NCBI GenBank assembly: GCA_965215335.1
Contig: CBDCDA010000001.1
Span: forward strand, 288,001-352,000
Length of the DNA stretch: 64,000 nucleotides
Reading direction: 5' to 3'
Source: an uncultured Candidatus Entotheonella sp.
GTDB taxonomy: Bacteria; Tectomicrobia; Entotheonellia; Entotheonellales; Entotheonellaceae
Under the pieces are notes generated by a model, which saw only the letters and a program-made list of their open reading frames with translations, made no database searches and was not told the origin of the DNA. The translations under genes and the position numbers were made by a program. Shown piece by piece: positions 19,043 through 32,409 of this stretch; within the stretch, counting starts at the first letter, position 1; each line of letters begins with the position of its first letter.

Positions 19043-22000
19043 TTGGATAGCATATTCAATTTGTCCGAGAAACCCAAAGACCCCACTTCTTTCAGTGCGA
19101 TCCGTATCCGTCTCGCGTCGCCGCAAAAAATCCGTTCGTGGTCACACGGCGAGGTCAAGAAGCCAGAAACCATCAACTATCGCACCTTCAAGCCTGAGCG
19201 TGACGGGTTGTTCTGCGCCAAGATTTTCGGCCCAGCCAAGGATTGGGAATGCAACTGCGGCAAATACAAGCGCATGAAGCACCGCGGCGTCGTCTGCGAG
19301 AAATGCGGCGTCGAAGTTATCCAGTCCAAAGTTCGGCGTGAGCGGCTTGGACACATTGAACTGGCATGTCCGGTGTCTCATGTTTGGTTTTTCAAGGGCA
19401 TTCCAAGTCGTATCGGCATCCTGCTGGACATGTCCTTGCGAGAATTGGAGCGCATCCTTTACTTCGAAAACTATGTAGTTATAGACCCTGGTGTGACTGG
19501 GTTGGAAAAGCAAGAACTCCTGATGGAGGAACGTCATCGCGAGATCATCAAGGAGCACGGCAGCAAGGTCGTGACCTATGGCGTAAGGCCATACGAGGAA
19601 TCCCGTCGTCTGGAGCCTAGCGCCGATGTCGTGACGGGCATGGGGGCCGAGGCGATTCGCGAATTGCTGCGTCGTTTGGACCTCGACGAGATGGCTGATT
19701 CCTTGCGGTCGGAAATGCATGAGTCCGTGTCACTGCAAAAACGCAAGAAAATCGTCAAACGGCTAAAGGTCGTTGAAGCCTTCCGCAAATCGGACAATCG
19801 ACCCGAATGGATGATCCTTGAGGTAATACCCGTAATTCCGCCAGAACTGCGGCCACTGGTGCCATTGGACGGAGGGCGTTTTGCCACCTCGGACCTGAAC
19901 GACTTGTACCGTAGGGTCATCAACCGCAATAATCGTCTGATCCGGTTGCAGGAGTTGCGGGCGCCAGAAATCATCATCCGTAACGAAAAACGAATGTTGC
20001 AAGAGGCCGTAGACGCGCTTTTCGACAATGGCCGACGCGGCCGTGCCCTGCGGGGTCCGAACAAGCGTCCGCTGAAATCCTTGAGCGACATGCTCAAGGG
20101 CAAGCAGGGACGTTTTCGGCAGAACTTGCTGGGAAAACGAGTCGACTACTCTGGACGTTCCGTTATCGTCGTGGGGCCGGAACTCAAGTTGCACCAATGC
20201 GGACTGCCAAAAACGATGGCTTTGGAGTTGTTCAAACCCTTTATCTATCACCAGCTCGAAGAACGCGGTCACGTTAACACCATCAAGAGTGCCAAGAGGA
20301 TGGTGGAAAAGGGCTTGCCAGAAGTATGGGATGCTCTTGACGAGATTACCCACGAGTACACGGTGTTACTGAACCGAGCGCCCACTCTTCATCGTCTTGG
20401 CATTCAGGCCTTTGAACCCGTGTTGGTAGAAGGGAAGGCCATCCGCATCCACCCGCTGGTATGTTCGGCATTCAACGCTGATTTCGACGGTGATCAGATG
20501 GCAGTTCATGTGCCGCTCTCCGTGGAAGCTCAAGTCGAAGCCAAGGCCCTCATGCTTTCGGTGAACAATATCCTCTCGGCTGCTCACGGCAAGCCCTTGG
20601 CGGTGCCTAGCCAAGATATCATCATGGGCTGCTACTATATGACCAAAGAACGGGGAGGGAGCCTCGGGGAAGGCAAATTGTTTACGAGTCCCGAGGAAGT
20701 TCGCGTTGCATACGATGCCGAGGAGGTTGGCCTGCAGGCCCGTATTCGTGTGCGAATGGGCAAGGATATTGTGCCCACCACGGCCGGCCGTATTCTTCTC
20801 CGTGAGGTCTTGCCCCCCGAACTGGAATTCGAGCGGGTGAATCGGCAGATGGACAAGGCTTCCCTTACCGACTTGGTAGCGGAATGCTATCAACGCGTCG
20901 GCAAAGAACGGACCGTACAACTCCTGGAGGATCTCAAGACACTCGGATTCCAATATGCTACCCAGTCCGGACTCTCCATCGGAATTGATGACATGCACAT
21001 CCCGATGATGAAGGAGCCCTTGATCGGAGAAGCACAAACTCGAGTCGTCGATGTCGAGAGTCAGTATCAAGAGGGCCTCATCACGAATGGCGAGCGCTAC
21101 AACAAGATCGTCGATATTTGGGCCCAGGTTACCGAGCAAGTGTCTAACGAAATGTTCAAGGAATTGGAACGGGAAGACCTTGAGGTCATGCATAGTCGGG
21201 TCGCTAATGGGGATCGGCACGATTTTAATCCCATCTATGCAATGGCCAATTCGGGAGCACGCGGCGGCCTGCAGCAGATTCGACAACTAGCCGGCATGCG
21301 CGGGCTGATGGCTAAGCCGAGTGGCGAAATCATGGAGACGCCAATTACAGCGAATTTCCGCGAAGGGCTGAGCGTGCTTCAGTATTTTATTTCTACACAC
21401 GGGGCTAGGAAGGGGCTCGCAGACACGGCTCTCAAGACGGCTAATTCCGGCTATTTGACTCGCCGCTTGGTGGACGTGGCCCAGGATATGATCGTTCTGA
21501 CTCAGGACTGCGGGACGCTTGGTGGCATTACCGTGACGGCTCTTGTCCAAAGCGGTGAGATCATTGAATCGTTAGGGGAACGAATTCTGGGTCGTGTCAC
21601 TGCCGAAGACGTGCTTGATCCCTACAGTGGCGAGGTGTTGGTCGTCCGCAATACGCTCGTCGATGAGGCGGCTGCCGAGCGTATCGAAAATGCCGGGCTT
21701 GAACATGTCGTTATGCGGTCCGTACTTACTTGCGAGTTGAAAAGTGGCATCTGTGCAATGTGTTACGGGCGCAATTTGGCTTCTGATTCTTTGGCCGAAA
21801 TCGGTGAGGCTGTGGGGGTTATTGCTGCCCAGTCGATTGGCGAGCCGGGCACACAGCTCACCATGCGTACATTCCACATCGGAGGGGCTGCGAGCTTACA
21901 GGTAGACCAGAGTACCTTACAGGCCAAGAACAATGGCGTGGTGCGCTATCAGAATCTCCGCACGGTAAATAACCGCGAAGGCGCAATGGTGGTTATGAAC

Positions 22001-23257
22001 CGCAACGGCATCTTGGTTATTCAAGATGAAGAGGAACGCGAGAAAGAGCGTTACCCAATTGAGTACGGGGCACGTCTGAGGGTCAGGGACGGCCAGAAAA
22101 TCGAACGCGGTGAAAATCTGGTCGAGTGGGATCCCTACACTCGTTCAATCCTTTCAGAGGTTTCCGGTCGCGTAGCCTACGGCGATATTGTAGAAGGTGT
22201 TACGGTTCAGGAAGAACTAGATGAACAGACTGGCTTGTCGCAGAAAGTGATTCTTGACCACCACGATGAAAAGCGTCAGCCGCGTGTGTCCGTCAAGGAT
22301 GAACAGAATACAACCTCAGGACGCTACCAACTCCCTGCTGGCGCGCACATCTCCATGGCAGAGGGAGAGATGGTTTCCGCCGGCGACGTCTTGGCGAAGA
22401 TCCCGCGCGAGACGGCAAAGACAAAAGATATCACCGGTGGGTTGCCGCGTGTTGCCGAACTCTTTGAAGCTCGGAAACCGAAGGAACAAGCGATCATTTC
22501 CGAAATCGATGGTGTTGTGAGATTCGGAGGATTTCAGCGAGGTGCTCGCAAGGTTATCGTGGCGGCGGATAGCGGCGAAGAGCGAGAATACCTGGTGCCA
22601 CGAGGTAAATACGTCAATGTGCATGAGGGTGACCGAGTACGCGCCAGCGAGCCCTTGATGGATGGAGCGGTCAATCCCCATGATATTCTGGATATCCGTG
22701 GCGAGCAGGAATTGCAAAAGTATCTCGTGAACGAAATCCAGGAAGTATATCGCCTTCAGGGGGTACAGATTAATGACAAGCACATTGAAGTGATTGTCAA
22801 GCAGATGCTGAAACGCGTAGTCGTTGAGGAGCCCGGAGATACTGAATTTTTGGTTGGTGAGCAAGTGGCTAAAACCATCTTCTCTCGTCGCAATCAGGCC
22901 ATTGTAGCCGAGGGGGGCGGGCCAGCCCGTGGCAAACCGATCCTCTTGGGAATTACCAAGTCCTCATTAAGTACGGAGAGTTTCATTTCGGCAGCTTCTT
23001 TCCAGGAAACGACGCGCGTGCTGACGCAGGCCGCAGTGAGCGGCATGGTTGACCGGCTCCGCGGCCTGAAAGAGAATGTCATCATGGGACGCGTCATTCC
23101 GGCTGGCACAGGTATCGCTCAGAACCAGGACAATCTGGTCGAACCACATGTGGATGGGGTGGACGATTACGTCGACGGAGCGCAGGGTTTTCCGGTTGCC
23201 AATGAATCCGATTCGGATATCATGCTTGCCGTTGAAGGTCAAGAAGGAGGCGATTAG
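19043..23257 (+). CDS. rpoC: RNA polymerase beta' subunit
   Basis: [29 protein letters not shown] start with AGGAGG RBS. Confidence 0.99.
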   Translation: MDSIFNLSEKPKDPTSFSAIRIRLASPQKIRSWSHGEVKKPETINYRTFKPERDGLFCAKIFGPAKDWECNCGKYKRMKHRGVVCEKCGVEVIQSKVRRERLGHIELACPVSHVWFFKGIPSRIGILLDMSLRELERILYFENYVVIDPGVTGLEKQELLMEERHREIIKEHGSKVVTYGVRPYEESRRLEPSADVVTGMGAEAIRELLRRLDLDEMADSLRSEMHESVSLQKRKKIVKRLKVVEAFRKSDNRPEWMILEVIPVIPPELRPLVPLDGGRFATSDLNDLYRRVINRNNRLIRLQELRAPEIIIRNEKRMLQEAVDALFDNGRRGRALRGPNKRPLKSLSDMLKGKQGRFRQNLLGKRVDYSGRSVIVVGPELKLHQCGLPKTMALELFKPFIYHQLEERGHVNTIKSAKRMVEKGLPEVWDALDEITHEYTVLLNRAPTLHRLGIQAFEPVLVEGKAIRIHPLVCSAFNADFDGDQMAVHVPLSVEAQVEAKALMLSVNNILSAAHGKPLAVPSQDIIMGCYYMTKERGGSLGEGKLFTSPEEVRVAYDAEEVGLQARIRVRMGKDIVPTTAGRILLREVLPPELEFERVNRQMDKASLTDLVAECYQRVGKERTVQLLEDLKTLGFQYATQSGLSIGIDDMHIPMMKEPLIGEAQTRVVDVESQYQEGLITNGERYNKIVDIWAQVTEQVSNEMFKELEREDLEVMHSRVANGDRHDFNPIYAMANSGARGGLQQIRQLAGMRGLMAKPSGEIMETPITANFREGLSVLQYFISTHGARKGLADTALKTANSGYLTRRLVDVAQDMIVLTQDCGTLGGITVTALVQSGEIIESLGERILGRVTAEDVLDPYSGEVLVVRNTLVDEAAAERIENAGLEHVVMRSVLTCELKSGICAMCYGRNLASDSLAEIGEAVGVIAAQSIGEPGTQLTMRTFHIGGAASLQVDQSTLQAKNNGVVRYQNLRTVNNREGAMVVMNRNGILVIQDEEEREKERYPIEYGARLRVRDGQKIERGENLVEWDPYTRSILSEVSGRVAYGDIVEGVTVQEELDEQTGLSQKVILDHHDEKRQPRVSVKDEQNTTSGRYQLPAGAHISMAEGEMVSAGDVLAKIPRETAKTKDITGGLPRVAELFEARKPKEQAIISEIDGVVRFGGFQRGARKVIVAADSGEEREYLVPRGKYVNVHEGDRVRASEPLMDGAVNPHDILDIRGEQELQKYLVNEIQEVYRLQGVQINDKHIEVIVKQMLKRVVVEEPGDTEFLVGEQVAKTIFSRRNQAIVAEGGGPARGKPILLGITKSSLSTESFISAASFQETTRVLTQAAVSGMVDRLRGLKENVIMGRVIPAGTGIAQNQDNLVEPHVDGVDDYVDGAQGFPVANESDSDIMLAVEGQEGGD

Positions 23258-23329
23258 ACGCGCGGTAATTCTTGACGATCTTTAGAGATGTGTTGTACAC
23301 ACATCTTGGTTCCTGACGGAAGGTTCTTT

Positions 23330-23698
23330 ATGCCTACGATTCATCAATTGGTTCAAAAGGGACGGAAGCGAGCGAGGAAAAAGACCTCGAGCCCTGCATT
23401 GCGTTCGAATCCTCAGAAACGCGGGGTATGCACGAGGGTATACACCTCGACTCCCAAGAAGCCGAACTCCGCCCTGCGAAAGGTGGCGCGTGTGCGGCTT
23501 ACCAACGGTGTCGAAGTGACGGCCTACATTCCGGGTGTCGGCCACAACTTGCAAGAACATGCGATCGTTTTAATCCGGGGTGGACGCGTGAAGGATTTGC
23601 CAGGCGTACGGTATCATATTGTGCGCGGTACTTTGGACACGATGGGGGTTCAGAACCGCAAAAAGAGCAGGTCGAAATACGGGGCCAAGAGGTCGTAA
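23330..23698 (+). CDS. rpsL: 30S ribosomal protein S12
   Basis: [31 protein letters not shown]. Confidence 0.99.
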   Translation: MPTIHQLVQKGRKRARKKTSSPALRSNPQKRGVCTRVYTSTPKKPNSALRKVARVRLTNGVEVTAYIPGVGHNLQEHAIVLIRGGRVKDLPGVRYHIVRGTLDTMGVQNRKKSRSKYGAKRS

Positions 23699-23762
23699 AC
23701 CAGTACGAGGGAGGCGGTAGTGACTTTTCAGGCCACCTCCTCTTTATTTTTGGAGAGGCTGT

Positions 23763-24233
23763 ATGCCACGAAGAAAGGTTGTGACGAAGCGGCCGGTTCT
23801 GCCGGACCCTAGATACGGCGACGCATTCGTCACGCGTTGTATCAACGTGCTTATGAAGCGCGGGAAAAAAAGTCTCGCCGAGCGGATCATGTACGGCGCG
23901 ATGGGCGTGCTTGGCGAACAAACTGGCGAAGAGCCACTCAAGGTGTTCCGGCAAGCCGTGGATAACGTGCGGCCTGTTATCGAAGTTCGGTCACGCAGGG
24001 TGGGAGGATCCACGTATCAGATACCAGTGGATGTCCCACCCGACCGGCGAATCGCTTTGAGTATGCGTTGGATTGTTGGGAGCGCTCGCGCTCGCAGCGA
24101 ACGAGGAATGCTAAGGCGTTTGGCGGCAGAACTACTTGATGCGTATCGCAATACGGGAAATGCGGTGAAGAAGAAAGAAGATACACATCGTATGGCGGAA
24201 GCCAATAAAGCCTTCGCTCATTATCGCTGGTGA
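23763..24233 (+). CDS. rpsG: 30S ribosomal protein S7
   Basis: [26 protein letters not shown]. Confidence 0.99.
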   Translation: MPRRKVVTKRPVLPDPRYGDAFVTRCINVLMKRGKKSLAERIMYGAMGVLGEQTGEEPLKVFRQAVDNVRPVIEVRSRRVGGSTYQIPVDVPPDRRIALSMRWIVGSARARSERGMLRRLAAELLDAYRNTGNAVKKKEDTHRMAEANKAFAHYRW

Positions 24234-24493
24234 TTCCTCCCTCTACTTCCCGGCTGGATACATCTCGCATTCCTAGAACCCGCTGGGAAAGATTGACCCC
24301 AGATATACCCTCGCCCAGCACCTGTTGGTGGCGTCCGCTAGTATGACAAGAAATAAGCGTGTCGGCTCACTGTCCGGTACGCCTTTCTGGGTCAAATCGA
24401 TAGTGTTTTCATGGTACTCAATAGCTGAAGTGAGCATTGGAAAGTGCGCACTTTGGCGGCATTGTGCGTAACAGAAAGAGAAATGAGGCTCCT

Positions 24494-26560
24494 GTGTCCC
24501 GGCTAGTTCCGTTGGAAAAAACACGCAACATCGGTATCATCGCGCACATTGACGCGGGGAAGACGACGACGACTGAGCGTATCCTTTATTACACGGGCAG
24601 GTCGCATCGCCTGGGTGAAGTCCACGAAGGGTCTGCCACGATGGACTGGATGGTTCAGGAGCAGGAGCGAGGAATCACGATCACCTCAGCTGCCACGACA
24701 TGTTCCTGGGGTGACCACGTCATCAATATCATTGACACACCGGGTCATGTGGACTTTACAGCCGAAGTGGAGCGCAGCTTGCGCGTCCTTGATGGTGCGG
24801 TGGGTCTTTTCTGCGCTGTCGGAGGCGTGGAACCGCAATCGGAGACTGTGTGGCGTCAGGCAGAAAAATATTGTGTGCCGCGCATAGCGTTCGTGAATAA
24901 GCTAGATCGCGCAGGGGCAGATTTTTTCCGTACCGTGAGGGCGATGGAAGACCGGTTGGGGACCTCTCCGCTGATTCTGCAACTGCCACTGGGTAGTGAG
25001 GAGAAGTTCTGTGGCGTGATTGATTTACTGCGAATGCAAGCAATCGTCTACGACGAGGACAACCTTGGAGTCGGGTTCCGTACGACGGACATCCCCGACT
25101 CTTGTCACGAACAGGCGAGACAATACCAAGCACGTCTGGTCGAAGATGTGGCCGAATTGGACGAAGCTCTCATGGAGCGGTATTTGGCCGAGGAAGTCAT
25201 TACCCTTGGAGAACTTGCCAAGATAATCCGTAAAGGTACGATCAACAATCAGATCACACCGGTTTTTTGTGGTGCCGCATTCCGAAACAAAGGTGTTCAA
25301 CCCCTCCTTGATGGCATTGTCGATTACTTACCCTCACCTGTCGATGTCCCTCCCATATCAGGAATAGAATCCGAAACAGGGGGGAAAATTTTCCGTGCTG
25401 CTGGCGGCAATGCTTTAGCTGCATTAGCGTTCAAAGTCATGGTTGATCCCTATGTGGGGCAATTGGTTTTCGTTCGGGTATACTCCGGGGTGTTGGAAGC
25501 AGGTTCGTACGTCTATAACTCCACTAAGGGCAAACAAGAACGTATCGGGCGCCTGATGAAAATGCATGCCAACAAGAGGGAGGATGTGAAGGCAATTCAG
25601 GCTGGAGATATCGGCGCGGTAATCGGTTTGAAGAATACGGTAACCGGAGATACTCTGTGCGATGCCTCTCAGGCGGTTGTCTTGGAAGCCATGACGTTCC
25701 CTGAGCCAGTGATGTCGATCGCTATTGAACCGAAGACAAAGGTTGATAGCGACAAACTGGGCATGTCGCTCAGCAAGATCTCTCGGGAGGACCCGACTTT
25801 TCGGGTGCAAATTGACAAAGACACCGGTCAAACCATCATTTCCGGTATGGGTGAATTACATCTGGAAATTCTCGTGGACCGTTTGGCACGAGAATTTCAA
25901 GTTGCTGCTCACGTATCCCGCCCTCAGGTGGCATACAGGGAGTCGATTCAGGGTGTCGCAGAATCGGAAGGGCGATTTGTGAGACAGAGTGGGGGGCGCG
26001 GGCAGTACGGTCACGTCAAGATGCGTTTCGAGCCCTTGGAGCGCGGCACCGGGTTTGTATTTGAAAATGCTACTGTTGGCGGTGTGGTGCCCAGGGAATA
26101 CATATCCGCCGTGGAAACGGGTGTCGCCGAGGCTATGCAGCATGGTATTCTTATGGGGCATCCGGTAGTCGACCTGAAAGCTACTCTCCATGATGGGTCG
26201 TATCACGAAGTCGATTCTTCAGAACTGGCTTTCAAAGTAGCCGCATCTATGGCATTCAAGGAGGCAGTAAAGAACGCTGATCCAGTAATTCTGGAGCCCA
26301 TCGTAAATGTTGAAGTCGTGGTTCCAAATGAATACATGGGCGATATTATCGGCGATCTGAATAGCCGTCGAGGCAAGGTGCGAGGCATGGAAGATCAGGC
26401 CGGGGCTAAAGTCGTGTCAGCCCATGTGCCGTTAGCAGAGATGTTCGGCTACGCTACCGACCTTCGTTCCCGGACGCAGGGACGGGCGACCTTTACCATG
26501 CAGTTTGCATTCTATGAAGCCGTTCCACCCCATAAGCAAACGGAGTTGTGTGCCGTATAG
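24494..26560 (+). CDS. fusA: Elongation factor G
   Basis: [32 protein letters not shown] start after a GAGG RBS. Confidence 0.98.
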   Translation: MSRLVPLEKTRNIGIIAHIDAGKTTTTERILYYTGRSHRLGEVHEGSATMDWMVQEQERGITITSAATTCSWGDHVINIIDTPGHVDFTAEVERSLRVLDGAVGLFCAVGGVEPQSETVWRQAEKYCVPRIAFVNKLDRAGADFFRTVRAMEDRLGTSPLILQLPLGSEEKFCGVIDLLRMQAIVYDEDNLGVGFRTTDIPDSCHEQARQYQARLVEDVAELDEALMERYLAEEVITLGELAKIIRKGTINNQITPVFCGAAFRNKGVQPLLDGIVDYLPSPVDVPPISGIESETGGKIFRAAGGNALAALAFKVMVDPYVGQLVFVRVYSGVLEAGSYVYNSTKGKQERIGRLMKMHANKREDVKAIQAGDIGAVIGLKNTVTGDTLCDASQAVVLEAMTFPEPVMSIAIEPKTKVDSDKLGMSLSKISREDPTFRVQIDKDTGQTIISGMGELHLEILVDRLAREFQVAAHVSRPQVAYRESIQGVAESEGRFVRQSGGRGQYGHVKMRFEPLERGTGFVFENATVGGVVPREYISAVETGVAEAMQHGILMGHPVVDLKATLHDGSYHEVDSSELAFKVAASMAFKEAVKNADPVILEPIVNVEVVVPNEYMGDIIGDLNSRRGKVRGMEDQAGAKVVSAHVPLAEMFGYATDLRSRTQGRATFTMQFAFYEAVPPHKQTELCAV

Positions 26561-26632
26561 GGGCCGTTTGAGCAGGAGATTTGCAAGACGCATGTTGTTC
26601 AGGACTTTGTGACACAGAGGGGGATTGGGTCA

Positions 26633-27826
26633 ATGTCGAAGGCGAAATTCGAGCGTAGCAAGCCGCATGTCAACGTTGGGACGATTGGTCATGTGGACCA
26701 CGGCAAGACGACGCTGACATCTGCCATGACGCAGGTTTTGGCAGCCGAAGGCAAGGCGGCCTATGTGCCCTTTGACCAGATCGACAAGGCGCCGGAGGAA
26801 AAAGCCCGTGGCATCACGATTGCTACCGCACACGTGGAATACGAGAGCGAAAACCGCCATTACGCACACGTCGATTGTCCGGGACACGCCGACTACGTGA
26901 AAAACATGATTACGGGTGCGGCGCAGATGGACGGGGCCATCTTGGTGGTAAGCGCCGCCGATGGTGCGATGCCGCAGACGCGCGAGCATATCTTGTTGGC
27001 ACGTCAGGTTGGTGTGCCCTACATCGTGGTGTTCATGAACAAGGTGGACATGGTAGACGACGAGGAATTGCTGGACTTGGTGGAGTTGGAGTTGCGGGAG
27101 TTGTTGAGCAAGTACGAATTTCCGGGCGACGACATCCCGATCATCCGGGGCAGTGCGCTGCAGGCCTTGGAGGGCGGTGATCCGGGGGCTTCGGCGACAG
27201 GCTGCATCTTCGAGTTGATCGGCGCGATTGATGCGTACGTGCCGACGCCGCAGCGCGCCGTGGACCGGCCGTTTCTGATGCCCGTGGAGGACGTGTTCAC
27301 GATATCGGGTCGTGGGACGGTAGCGACGGGGCGTGTCGAGCGTGGCGTGGTGACGGTAGGCGACGACGTGGAGGTCGTGGGGATGAAGGAGACGCACAAG
27401 ACGGTAGCGACGGGTGTGGAGATGTTTCGGAAGATATTGGACCGGGGCGAGGCAGGTGATAACATAGGGGTGTTGTTGCGCGGTGTGAAACGCGACGAGA
27501 TTGAGCGTGGTCAGGTATTGGCGAAGCCGGGGTCGATTACGCCGCACACGCGCTTTCAGGCCGAGGTGTATGTCTTGTCGAAAGATGAGGGAGGTCGTCA
27601 CACCCCGTTTTTCAATGGCTACCGTCCGCAGTTTTATTTTCGCACGACGGACGTGACGGGTGTGGTGACGTTGCCTTCGGGCACGGAGATGGTGATGCCT
27701 GGCGACAACGTTGGCGTGGAGGTGGAGTTGATCACGCCGATAGCCCTGGAGAAAGAGTTGCGTTTTGCGATCCGGGAAGGTGGCCGGACGGTAGGGGCCG
27801 GCGTCGTAAGTGAAATCCTGGCGTAG
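26633..27826 (+). CDS. tuf: Elongation factor Tu (copy 2, str operon)
   Basis: Protein identical to the one at 8914..10107. Confidence 0.99.
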   Translation: MSKAKFERSKPHVNVGTIGHVDHGKTTLTSAMTQVLAAEGKAAYVPFDQIDKAPEEKARGITIATAHVEYESENRHYAHVDCPGHADYVKNMITGAAQMDGAILVVSAADGAMPQTREHILLARQVGVPYIVVFMNKVDMVDDEELLDLVELELRELLSKYEFPGDDIPIIRGSALQALEGGDPGASATGCIFELIGAIDAYVPTPQRAVDRPFLMPVEDVFTISGRGTVATGRVERGVVTVGDDVEVVGMKETHKTVATGVEMFRKILDRGEAGDNIGVLLRGVKRDEIERGQVLAKPGSITPHTRFQAEVYVLSKDEGGRHTPFFNGYRPQFYFRTTDVTGVVTLPSGTEMVMPGDNVGVEVELITPIALEKELRFAIREGGRTVGAGVVSEILA

Positions 27827-27861
27827 GGTGCACAAATCACATATAAGGGTTTGACGGAACG

Positions 27862-28170
27862 ATGTCTGGACAAAAGATTCGTATACGTCTTAAAGCGTAT
27901 GACCATCGGGTTCTTGATCAGTCGGTAGGCGAAATCGTGGAAACGGCCAAACGAACCGGGGCAAGAATCGTGGGCCCCATTCCTTTGCCGACGGTTTTGA
28001 ATAAATATACCGTTTTGCGATCACCACATGTTGACAAAAAATCCCGTGAACAATTCGAAATCCGGACGCATAAGCGCCTTTTGGACATAGTCGAGCCTAC
28101 TCCTCAGACCGTGGAAGCCCTGATGAAACTAGACCTGTCCGCAGGGATCGATGTGGAAATCAAGCTGTAG
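27862..28170 (+). CDS. rpsJ: 30S ribosomal protein S10
   Basis: [29 protein letters not shown]. Confidence 0.99.
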   Translation: MSGQKIRIRLKAYDHRVLDQSVGEIVETAKRTGARIVGPIPLPTVLNKYTVLRSPHVDKKSREQFEIRTHKRLLDIVEPTPQTVEALMKLDLSAGIDVEIKL

Positions 28171-28183
28171 GAGAGCCGGGCGC

Positions 28184-28843
28184 ATGTTGCGGGGACTGAT
28201 CGGACGGAAAGTGGGAATGACCCAGTTTTTCTCTGACGCAGGGGAAATCATTCCTGTCACTGCTATCGAAACAGGTCCATGCTGGGTCATCCAGAAGAAG
28301 CGTAAAACGCGCGACGGTTACACGGCAGTCCAGCTTGGTTTTGGAGCCAGCAAAGTCAAACGTACCACTAAGCCACTACGAGGGCACTTTCAACGCAGTA
28401 ACGTGCCTCCGACACGCTGGCTTCGAGAGTTTCGTGTTGACGAGCAGACCCTGGAGGAACTCGAGGAGGGCCAGCAGATTTCGGGAGAGATTTTTGCCAA
28501 TTGGCGTTATGTGGATGTGACCGGAACCTCAAAAGGGCGGGGATTTACGGGTGTCATGAAACGTCATAATTTCGCTGGCAAAAGCCGCTCCCACGGGACC
28601 CACGAATATTTCCGACATGGTGGATCGATCGGAGCCTCCGCGACACCTTCCAGAGTGTTCAAGAACAGGGGTATGCCCGGGCAATACGGTAACGAGCGGG
28701 TGACGGTGCAGAAGCTTGAAGTGGTCAAGTTTCTGGAAGAGCGTCATCTCCTGCTGGTTAAGGGGGCAGTGCCGGGACCGAATGGGGGCATGATATTGGT
28801 TCAGGTCAGTAAGAAGCACCCGCAGGAAACGGGGAAACGTTGA
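28184..28843 (+). CDS. rplC: 50S ribosomal protein L3
   Basis: GRKVGMTQ, DGYTAVQLG, DVTGTSKGRGF. Confidence 0.98.
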   Translation: MLRGLIGRKVGMTQFFSDAGEIIPVTAIETGPCWVIQKKRKTRDGYTAVQLGFGASKVKRTTKPLRGHFQRSNVPPTRWLREFRVDEQTLEELEEGQQISGEIFANWRYVDVTGTSKGRGFTGVMKRHNFAGKSRSHGTHEYFRHGGSIGASATPSRVFKNRGMPGQYGNERVTVQKLEVVKFLEERHLLLVKGAVPGPNGGMILVQVSKKHPQETGKR

Positions 28844-29463
28844 TGAACATTGACGTATACGATTCTCAAGGGCAGGTCGTTCGCCAGGCCGAGTTGCCGG
28901 ATGGCGTGTTTGGAGTCGAGGTGAGAGACCACCTGCTCTATGAGGTTGTACACTACCAACTCGCACGCCGTCGGCAAGGAACGGCGCATACCAAGAATCG
29001 GTCCGCTGTACGTGGGGGGGGGCGTAAGCCATGGCGCCAAAAAGGTACCGGACGTGCCCGTGCGGGATCCCGGCGCTCGCCGTTGTGGCGTGGCGGAGGG
29101 ACGGTCTTTGGCCCCATGCCGAGATCCTATGCTTACAGCATGCCAAAGAAGAAACGTCGTGCGGCGCTTTGCGCCGCCTTAAGTCTGAAGCTACGCGAAA
29201 ATGCCTTTCGCGTTATTGATCGTTTTGATATCGCTCACCCAAAAACCCGCCAAATCGTGCAGATGATCAAGACTTTCACAGATGAGTCCAAGGTACTCTT
29301 GCTCGTTGGGGAACCCAGCGAGACGCTGCACCTCTCTGCGCGAAACATTCAACAGGTCAAAGTGCTGCCTGTTGCGGGATTGAATGTATACGATTTGTTG
29401 CATTACACCACGGTGATCTGTGCTGAGGAAGCTCTGGACAGAATAGCAGGGAGGCTAGGTTGA
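28843..29463 (+). CDS. rplD: 50S ribosomal protein L4
   Basis: [19 protein letters not shown]. Confidence 0.98.
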   Translation: MNIDVYDSQGQVVRQAELPDGVFGVEVRDHLLYEVVHYQLARRRQGTAHTKNRSAVRGGGRKPWRQKGTGRARAGSRRSPLWRGGGTVFGPMPRSYAYSMPKKKRRAALCAALSLKLRENAFRVIDRFDIAHPKTRQIVQMIKTFTDESKVLLLVGEPSETLHLSARNIQQVKVLPVAGLNVYDLLHYTTVICAEEALDRIAGRLG

Positions 29464-29464
29464 C

Positions 29465-29752
29465 ATGGAGCATCATCAGATTGTTAGACGGCCTTTGATC
29501 ACTGAAAAGGGTATGCACTACAACGAGCAGCAGAACACAGTAATATTCCAGGTTGACCCGAGGGCTAACAAACTGCAAATCAAGCAAGCTCTTGAAACCC
29601 TGTTTCAAGTTAAAGTTTTGCACGTAAATACCTTAAACATGCAAGGCAAGAAAAGGCGGGTCCGGACACGAGAAGGCAAGAGACCTGATTGGAAAAAGGC
29701 CTATGTGACTTTGCGAGAAGGCGACAGGATCACCTTCTTCGAAGGGATTTAG
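29465..29752 (+). CDS. rplW: 50S ribosomal protein L23
   Basis: [22 protein letters not shown]. Confidence 0.98.
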   Translation: MEHHQIVRRPLITEKGMHYNEQQNTVIFQVDPRANKLQIKQALETLFQVKVLHVNTLNMQGKKRRVRTREGKRPDWKKAYVTLREGDRITFFEGI

Positions 29753-29766
29753 CGAGGGACCGAATT

Positions 29767-30591
29767 ATGGCAATTCGCCATTACAAGCCGACATCCCCAG
29801 GAAGGCGCTTTCAAACGGTAAGCGCGTTCGAGGAGATTACTTCTGCGCGCCCTGAACGGAGCTTGCTCCGTTCTGCGAAGAAATCCGGCGGACGCAACAA
29901 TAATGGGCGCATTACCAGTAGGCGTCGTGGCGGAGGACATAAGCGACGTTACCGGGTAGTCGATTTTAAACGTACGAAAGATGCAGTTCCGGCTCGTGTC
30001 GCTTCTATTGAATATGACCCTAATCGATCGGCGCGCGTGGCGCTTTTGCACTATCTGGATGGGGAAAAGCGGTATATCTTGGCCCCAGCAGGTATTCAAG
30101 TTGGTGAAACCGTGATGTCCGGCCCGCAGGCTGACATCCGGCCCGGAAATGCAATGGCGTTGAGCGACATGCCTCTCGGAATGACGATCCATAACATTGA
30201 ACTTTCCCCGGGGAAAGGGGGACAACTTGCCAGGAGTGCGGGATCTTCCGCCCAACTAATGGCGCGCGAAGGTAAGTATGCGCAGTTGCGGTTGACGTCA
30301 GGAGAGATGCGTCTGGTATTGGTAACGTGCCGAGCAACCATTGGACAAGTTGGTAATGCCGACCACGAAAATATTTCTGTTGGTAAGGCTGGGAGGTCGC
30401 GGTGGTTAGGTAGGCGTCCTCAGGTGCGCGGCGTTGCAATGAATCCAGTTGATCACCCCCACGGCGGCGGTGAGGGCAAGACCTCGGGTGGCCGTCACCC
30501 GGTGACACCCTGGGGTGTGCCAACGAAAGGTTACAAGACGCGACGGAATAAGCGCACGGATAAATTCATCGTTCGACGGCGCAAGCGGTGA
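29767..30591 (+). CDS. rplB: 50S ribosomal protein L2
   Basis: [25 protein letters not shown]. Confidence 0.99.
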   Translation: MAIRHYKPTSPGRRFQTVSAFEEITSARPERSLLRSAKKSGGRNNNGRITSRRRGGGHKRRYRVVDFKRTKDAVPARVASIEYDPNRSARVALLHYLDGEKRYILAPAGIQVGETVMSGPQADIRPGNAMALSDMPLGMTIHNIELSPGKGGQLARSAGSSAQLMAREGKYAQLRLTSGEMRLVLVTCRATIGQVGNADHENISVGKAGRSRWLGRRPQVRGVAMNPVDHPHGGGEGKTSGGRHPVTPWGVPTKGYKTRRNKRTDKFIVRRRKR

Positions 30592-30622
30592 GGGATTGTG
30601 GCGTACGGCCAGGGAGGCAGAT

Positions 30623-30907
30623 GTGGGTCGTTCTATAAAGAAGGGACCTTTTCTTGACGACCATTTGCTGAGGAAAATTCAGTTGATGGGACAAACTCGA
30701 GAAAAGCGTGTCATCCGGACATGGTCTCGGCGTTCAACGATTATCCCGGAGATGGTAGGCCATACTATCGCCGTGCATAATGGGAAGAGGTTCATTCCGG
30801 TTTATGTAACCGAGAACATGGTAGGGCATAAGCTTGGAGAATTCTCGCCGACCCGCACGTTTCGTTCACATAGTGGCATGACGAAGCGAACCACTGGTTT
30901 GAAATAG
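30623..30907 (+). CDS. rpsS: 30S ribosomal protein S19
   Basis: [27 protein letters not shown]. Confidence 0.98.
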   Translation: MGRSIKKGPFLDDHLLRKIQLMGQTREKRVIRTWSRRSTIIPEMVGHTIAVHNGKRFIPVYVTENMVGHKLGEFSPTRTFRSHSGMTKRTTGLK

Positions 30908-30952
30908 TAGGGTGCGGGGGTATTCTATCGGTGCAAAGGAAAGCGTCGTAAT

Positions 30953-31288
30953 ATGAAAGCAAGCGTGACACATCTTCGGATTTCCCCGCGCAAGGTAAGG
31001 GTGGTCGTTGATACCGTGCGCGGCAAGAGCGCCAGCCAAGCCATGGACATTTTGCGTTTCGCTCGCAAGAAGGCAGCCATGCCGGTACAAAAACTGCTCA
31101 AATCGGCTGTTGCCAACGCGGCGGAATATAATGGGGTCGACAACGTCGATGGCCTGTTCATTGAACATATCACTGTTGATGAAGGACCAACGATAAAGCG
31201 TTATATGCCGAGGGCACGAGGCAGGGCTACCCCGATCCGCAAGCGTACGAGCCATATTCGACTCGTTTTGCGCGAACGAGGAATCTGA
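30953..31288 (+). CDS. rplV: 50S ribosomal protein L22
   Basis: RISPRKVR, PRARGRA, KRTSHI. Confidence 0.98.
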   Translation: MKASVTHLRISPRKVRVVVDTVRGKSASQAMDILRFARKKAAMPVQKLLKSAVANAAEYNGVDNVDGLFIEHITVDEGPTIKRYMPRARGRATPIRKRTSHIRLVLRERGI

Positions 31289-31306
31289 ATCTGAGAGGGG
31301 GACATC

Positions 31307-31984
31307 GTGGGGCAAAAGGTTCATCCAATCGGCTTCCGACTGGGCATAAATAAGACCTGGCAGTCAAATTGGTATGCCCGGAGGCATTATGCTGACCTGT
31401 TACACGAAGATTTTATGGTCAGGGGCTATATCAAGAAGCGCTTGCATCATGCCGGGATTTCTCGGGTAGAAATTGAACGGGCCGCTAATCGCTCCAAGAT
31501 CAATATTCACACCGCCCGCCCTGGAATTATCATTGGGAAGCGAGGGGCAGAAGTTGATAAGTTGAAAAATGAATTGCAGAACTTGACGCAGAAACAAGTG
31601 TCTATAAACATCCGAGAGATTCGAAAGGCAGAAATTGACGCACAGCTCATCGCGGAGAATATTGCCTTGCAGTTGGAGCGCCGAGTGGCGTTTCGACGTG
31701 CAATGAAGAAGGCGATCACCTCTGCATTGCGTTTTGGAGCCAAAGGCATTCGGGTCGAGTCTTCCGGACGATTGGCCGGAGCTGAGATGGCTCGTCGCGA
31801 ATGGTATCGTGAGGGAGGGGTACCTCTTCATACTTTGCGTGCCGATATTGATTACGGCTTTGCTGAAGCCAAAACGACATACGGCCAAGTAGGCGTGAAG
31901 GTGTGGGTGTACAAAGGGGTGTTCGTGACGCCTGAGAAAAACGGTCAGGCTCTTGAGGGACCACGTCCACGTCGGCGCCGTTAG
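31307..31984 (+). CDS. rpsC: 30S ribosomal protein S3
   Basis: [25 protein letters not shown]. Confidence 0.99.
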   Translation: MGQKVHPIGFRLGINKTWQSNWYARRHYADLLHEDFMVRGYIKKRLHHAGISRVEIERAANRSKINIHTARPGIIIGKRGAEVDKLKNELQNLTQKQVSINIREIRKAEIDAQLIAENIALQLERRVAFRRAMKKAITSALRFGAKGIRVESSGRLAGAEMARREWYREGGVPLHTLRADIDYGFAEAKTTYGQVGVKVWVYKGVFVTPEKNGQALEGPRPRRRR

Positions 31985-32001
31985 TTGAGGTGATTTAACC
32001 C

Positions 32002-32409
32002 ATGTTAATGCCGAGAAAGACAAAATTCCGGAAGCAGCATCGCGGACGCAGAACAGGCCAAGCAAGCCGTGGCAGCACCATCAGTTTCGGTCAATATGCC
32101 TTGCAAGCTCTCGAGCCGGCCTGGATTACAAGCCGACATATCGAAGCAGGTCGTATTGCCATGACGCGACACGTTCGGCGTGGCGGCAACGTTTGGATTC
32201 GCATTTTCCCCGACAAGCCAGTCTCGAAAAAGCCCGCTGAAACACGCATGGGCAAGGGTAAGGGGGGTCCGGAGTTTTGGGTGGCTGTTGTGAAACCCGG
32301 ACGTATCCTCTACGAGATGGACGGTGTGGCTGAAGACGTAGCACGAGAGGCTATGCGTTTGGCGTCTCACAAGCTCCCCATTGCCACTCGTTTCCTCACA
32401 AAAAGCTAA
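32002..32409 (+). CDS. rplP: 50S ribosomal protein L16
   Basis: [27 protein letters not shown]. Confidence 0.99.
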   Translation: MLMPRKTKFRKQHRGRRTGQASRGSTISFGQYALQALEPAWITSRHIEAGRIAMTRHVRRGGNVWIRIFPDKPVSKKPAETRMGKGKGGPEFWVAVVKPGRILYEMDGVAEDVAREAMRLASHKLPIATRFLTKS

